Source: Anaerolineae bacterium
GTDB taxonomy: Bacteria > Chloroflexota > Anaerolineae > B4-G1 > SLSP01
Reading direction: 5' to 3'
DNA: 39,336 nt
Assembly (NCBI GenBank): GCA_003562365.1
Contig: PWVB01000524.1
Location: forward strand, 1-39,336
Shown: in pieces, positions 36,523 to 39,336 of the stretch
Layout: every line of letters begins with the position of its first letter
Numbering within the stretch: position 1 is the stretch's first letter
Made by a program: the position numbers and the translations under genes
The notes under the pieces: model-generated
Seen by the model: only the letters and a program-made list of their open reading frames with translations
Told to the model about the DNA's origin: nothing
Databases searched by the model: none

Positions 36523-36825
36523 AAAACACAAAAACGCCCCCGCCCTTCAGGGACGGGAGCGGGCGCTTCAAGCGTATGCTCTCGCGGTACCACCCTGTTT
36601 GCCCCGCCTATCGCGGGACCGCTCGATCGATGGCCAACACCATCGTGTGCGTGGATAACGGCTCACAATGCCGGCCCGGTCTACTGGGAACTTGAACTCT
36701 GTGTCAGCTCCGTTGGGCGGGCAGCTCCGGAGGGATTTTCGGCGCCACGTTTGCCGTCCGGCTCTCACCCTCCCGGACTCGCTAGGGCACGTGCCTGCGC
36801 CTACTCGTCTCCTTCAACGCTTTTG
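36523..36825 (-). promoter_or_regulatory. T-box riboswitch (Ile specifier) with terminator
   Basis: On the minus strand: AGCGAG and GGTGAGAG stem I motifs; specifier GAAA-ATC-C (ATC at 36734-36736); T-box AACAGGGTGGTACCGCG; terminator CGCTCCCGTCCC/GGGCGGGGGCG plus T-run. Confidence 0.92.
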
Positions 36826-36840
36826 CTCAACATTGAACTC

Positions 36841-36868
36841 ATTATGCCACGGGCAGCACATGTGTCAA
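36841..36868 (-). promoter_or_regulatory. Promoter of the ileS leader
   Basis: TTGACA, 16 nt, CATAAT with extended TG. Confidence 0.7.
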
Positions 36869-36891
36869 GCAAGGTTTGACGGGTTACGCTG

Positions 36892-36931
36892 GAAAAGCGA
36901 GCACGCCGGGAGATCCCTCTCCCGGCGTGCT
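36892..36931 (-). terminator. Terminator downstream of the AOR gene
   Basis: 14-bp perfect stem AGCACGCCGGGAGA/TCTCCCGGCGTGCT followed by CGCTTTT on the minus strand. Confidence 0.7.
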
Positions 36932-36951
36932 GGCTCGGATCTGAGGTTGAC

Positions 36952-38709
36952 CTAGAGTTCTCCGTAGACGGCGTCCATAACTTCATCGGACAGGTCTGCC
37001 ACCACTTCGTGAGGCGGGAGTTTCTCGTAGTTCATGAACTCTGGCAGACGATCGTCCGCCTTGGTAAGCCCAGCTTTCTCGTTGAACGCCCGCTCGCGGC
37101 GAAGAATCTCGCCACCCATCTCAACGGCCTCGTCGGCGCTCATATCGGTGCCCAACATCCCGTTGATTTCCTCGATCATGCCCTCGAACCCGCTCTCGAT
37201 ATCGAGAATAGCGAAGGCGATGAACAGGCAGTGGCCGCTGGAGTCGATCAGCGCGGTGGTCTTCTGGAAGGCACGGCTCAGGTCGGCCTTAGCCTTTTCC
37301 GCTTTCAGCGGATCAGATTCACCGCCGACAGCGAGGATCTCGGGAGCGATGGTGTAGCCAGCGGTGTGGTCAGCGCCCATCGTGGAGGTGGCGTAGGTTA
37401 CACCGATGCCCTTTACGGCCCGCGGTTCGTAGGCCGGCATCCCCTGCCCCTTGACCGTGGGGCTGCGCGGATTCCCGAAGGCCTTGGCCACATTGCCCGA
37501 TCCCATGCCCAGCAGCCGGCCGGTGGGGGTGCCTTTGCCCATCTGCTCGATGAGGTCGAGCGCGCCCTCGGCGTCGCCAAACTCCAAGAGGCCGGAGTCC
37601 ATAGCGATCGCCAGTGTGACGCCAGTTTCAATCGTATCCAGACCGTAACCGTTGCACCGCTTGATCAGCTTAGCGATGTCATCCAGGTTGCTGATGCCGC
37701 AGTCTGCGCCGAAGGCCCAGTCGGATTCATACTCTACACAGGAGACGATCTCCTCACCGTCCTCGCCGTAGAGGGTGTTGGAGCACCGGATGATGCAACC
37801 GGGGCTACAAGCGTGGTTGTAGATCTCCTTGCCCTTACGCTCCTTGTTCGTTTCGAAGATGGCCTCTCCGGCAATGTCGGCGGCGCCCTCGAAACGCCCG
37901 CTGCGGAAGTTATGGGTCGGCAGGCCCCCAGCCTCATTGAGGATGTTGATCAGAATCGCCGTGCCATAGCTGTTAAGGCCGCCTTTGGGCTTGGTGATGG
38001 CGTGCTCCATCAGAGCCTCGCGCATCTTCCCGCGTCCTTGTTTGAAGAGTTCCTCGTTGGCGATCTCCACGCCGGGGGCACCGTCGGCGTCCAAGACGAT
38101 GAACTTAAGTCCCTTGCTGCCCATCACCGCACCCAGACCGCCACGGCCCGAGTAGCGTGTGGGCCCCTGATTCATATCATTGTAGACGATGCCGGAGTTG
38201 GGATAGCCCAGCTCTCCGGCGGCGCCGACGCCGGCGATGTGCACCTTGTCGCCGAAGCGCTTGTAAACCTTGGGGAACACGTCGTAGAGATCCTGGCCCA
38301 CGTAGGCATCGGCTGGCTCGAAGGTCACCGCTGGTTTCTCCCCATCCCACGCCAGTTTAGCTACCCAGTAGCCATCTTCCTCGGGTTGGCCTTCCACAAT
38401 GAGGCCTTTCACGCCCAGGCGGGCCAGGGCCGGGGCCCAGCTGCTCCCGGCATTGGACTCCTTGATCCCGCCGGTGAGCGGCGATTTCCCGCCAGCGGAG
38501 ACCCGTGCTGAGGTTGGCGCTGAAGTGCCGGTCAGCATACCTGGTGCAAAGACCAGTTTGTTGTTGGGGCCGAGAGGATGGCACTCGGGGTCAACCTCGT
38601 CGTAGATGACGGTGGAGGTCAGACCTCGCCCGCCAAGGTTCTTATAGCGCTCCGGGACTTCCTCAAGTTTGTAGGAACGGTCGGTCATGTTCAGACGTAG
38701 CATCCACAT
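36952..38709 (-). CDS. aor: Aldehyde:ferredoxin oxidoreductase (AOR/WOR family, tungstopterin)
   Basis: LGGRGL, KSPLTGGIKESNAG, GRGGLGAVMGSKGLK, CSPGCIIRC, EYES, GLDTIE and GADHT motifs. Confidence 0.95.
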   Translation of the reverse strand: MWMLRLNMTDRSYKLEEVPERYKNLGGRGLTSTVIYDEVDPECHPLGPNNKLVFAPGMLTGTSAPTSARVSAGGKSPLTGGIKESNAGSSWAPALARLGVKGLIVEGQPEEDGYWVAKLAWDGEKPAVTFEPADAYVGQDLYDVFPKVYKRFGDKVHIAGVGAAGELGYPNSGIVYNDMNQGPTRYSGRGGLGAVMGSKGLKFIVLDADGAPGVEIANEELFKQGRGKMREALMEHAITKPKGGLNSYGTAILINILNEAGGLPTHNFRSGRFEGAADIAGEAIFETNKERKGKEIYNHACSPGCIIRCSNTLYGEDGEEIVSCVEYESDWAFGADCGISNLDDIAKLIKRCNGYGLDTIETGVTLAIAMDSGLLEFGDAEGALDLIEQMGKGTPTGRLLGMGSGNVAKAFGNPRSPTVKGQGMPAYEPRAVKGIGVTYATSTMGADHTAGYTIAPEILAVGGESDPLKAEKAKADLSRAFQKTTALIDSSGHCLFIAFAILDIESGFEGMIEEINGMLGTDMSADEAVEMGGEILRRERAFNEKAGLTKADDRLPEFMNYEKLPPHEVVADLSDEVMDAVYGEL

Positions 38710-38794
38710 CGTACAACCTCCTTGGTAGACTTGCGAACTTCAGTTGAACGACCAATTCTAGACGGACTGCAGACAGACAAACAAAGGCTACCTT

Positions 38795-38926
38795 AAAACA
38801 AAAAAGGCAATCCTGCCCCGGAACAGCCCGGGAGGATTGCCTCCTTTGCAAACACGGCAGGCACGGGCATTGCTGCTCGTACCCTAACGCCTGGGGAACC
38901 TCGAGGGCTCGTCCAGGTCGGAGGAC
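38795..38926 (-). promoter_or_regulatory. Moco/Tuco-type riboswitch with overlapping intrinsic terminator upstream of aor
   Basis: Minus strand reads CTCCGA-CCTGG..CCAGG-CGTTAGGGT-ACGAGCA-GCAA-TGCCCGT-GCCTGCCGTGTTTGCAAAGGAG, then hairpin AGGCAATCCT..AGGATTGCCT and a T-run. Confidence 0.8.
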
Positions 38927-38975
38927 AGGTGCGACATTGCGTCTAGCACAACGATCACAAACTCAGCCCAAAATC

Positions 38976-39004
38976 ATGATAGGGGGGTTTTCTGAGCTTG
39001 TCAA
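38976..39004 (-). promoter_or_regulatory. Promoter of the aor leader
   Basis: TTGACA, 17 nt, TATCAT. Confidence 0.7.
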
Positions 39005-39012
39005 ATCCGGTT

Positions 39013-39060
39013 TTGACTTCTCCTTGGGTCTGCCTATACTGCCTCTGTAAGCGCTTACAG
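39013..39060 (+). promoter_or_regulatory. Plus-strand promoter with an overlapping LacI-family-like operator palindrome
   Basis: TTGACT (39013), 16 nt, TATACT (39035-39040); perfect 16-bp palindrome CTGTAAGCGCTTACAG at 39045-39060. Confidence 0.6.
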
Positions 39061-39336
39061 GGTTTGTCCGCTGAAAACCCTCCCGCTTCAGCGGGAGGAA
39101 GAAAGCGGACACTGTCCCAACGTTGCCTGATTTGATGAACGATTTGAAGTACGGACGACATGCTGTCTACGCTATCAACTATCATTACGTATGGATGCCC
39201 AAACGTCGTAAACTAGTTGCCGTCAATGATGTCGCCAAACGACTACGTGAGGTAGTCGAAAGCGCCGCTGATTACAGAGGATGGACAATTCTTGAGTTAG
39301 CCGTTCAACCAGATCACATCCACTTGTTTGTGGAGA
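39059..39336 (+). mobile_element. Left end of an IS200/IS605-family element, truncated by the window edge
   Basis: Subterminal hairpin CCTCCCGCT-tc-AGCGGGAGG (39079-39098) inside outer stem GTCCGCT/AGCGGAC, followed by tnpA; lower GC than the flanks. The exact left boundary is uncertain. Confidence 0.8.
39135..39336 (+). CDS. tnpA: IS200/IS605 Y1 (HUH) transposase, 5' partial; absent from the ORF track
   Basis: Manual translation MNDLKYGRHAVYAINYHYVWMPKRRKLVAVNDVAKRLREVVESAADYRGWTILELAVQPDHIHLFVE contains YHxVWxPKxR and the HUH motif DHIH. Confidence 0.93.
   Translation, partial: MNDLKYGRHAVYAINYHYVWMPKRRKLVAVNDVAKRLREVVESAADYRGWTILELAVQPDHIHLFVE

Noticed and set aside
36498-36593. N-terminal extension of ileS
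   Set aside because: It lies within the T-box terminator; the SD-supported start is 36497.
37009-38511. 500-aa ORF antisense to aor
   Set aside because: Shadow ORF caused by high GC3 codon bias; no recognisable motifs.
38955-39185. 76-aa minus-strand ORF
   Set aside because: It is antisense to tnpA and crosses the IS hairpin and promoters.

Overview
GC-rich (about 60%) bacterial chromosome segment, most consistent with a Chloroflexota/Anaerolineae anaerobe. This taxonomy is inferred from protein style and gene content, not verified. The left part is housekeeping: class A PBP, infC-rpmI-rplT with a non-AUG infC start, DUF4013, a lipid kinase, tgt, SEC-C-map, DUF59 and a Phe T-box with pheST. 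The middle holds an accessory cluster: a divergent GH125-like (alpha/alpha)6 protein, DUF485 plus an ActP-like symporter with a ~245-aa insertion, and, convergent to it, a 1082-aa membrane receptor with the architecture PHP-TM-sCache-TM-PAS-CBS-CBS-DUF294 nucleotidyltransferase. That receptor is the best candidate for an undescribed system: a one-polypeptide sensor/writer/eraser linked to carboxylate uptake. The right part has two GT-C glycosyltransferases and a peptide-fermentation run (M32, M20, an S51 pseudo-peptidase, 2-oxoacid:ferredoxin oxidoreductase). It continues with a T-box-controlled IleRS2 carrying the non-canonical GVHH motif and a tungsten-type AOR behind a Moco/Tuco-like riboswitch. 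At the right edge is an IS200/IS605 tnpA, missed by the ORF track, sitting directly behind a promoter and a perfect LacI-type palindrome. All calls come from reading motifs by eye; no searches were run.
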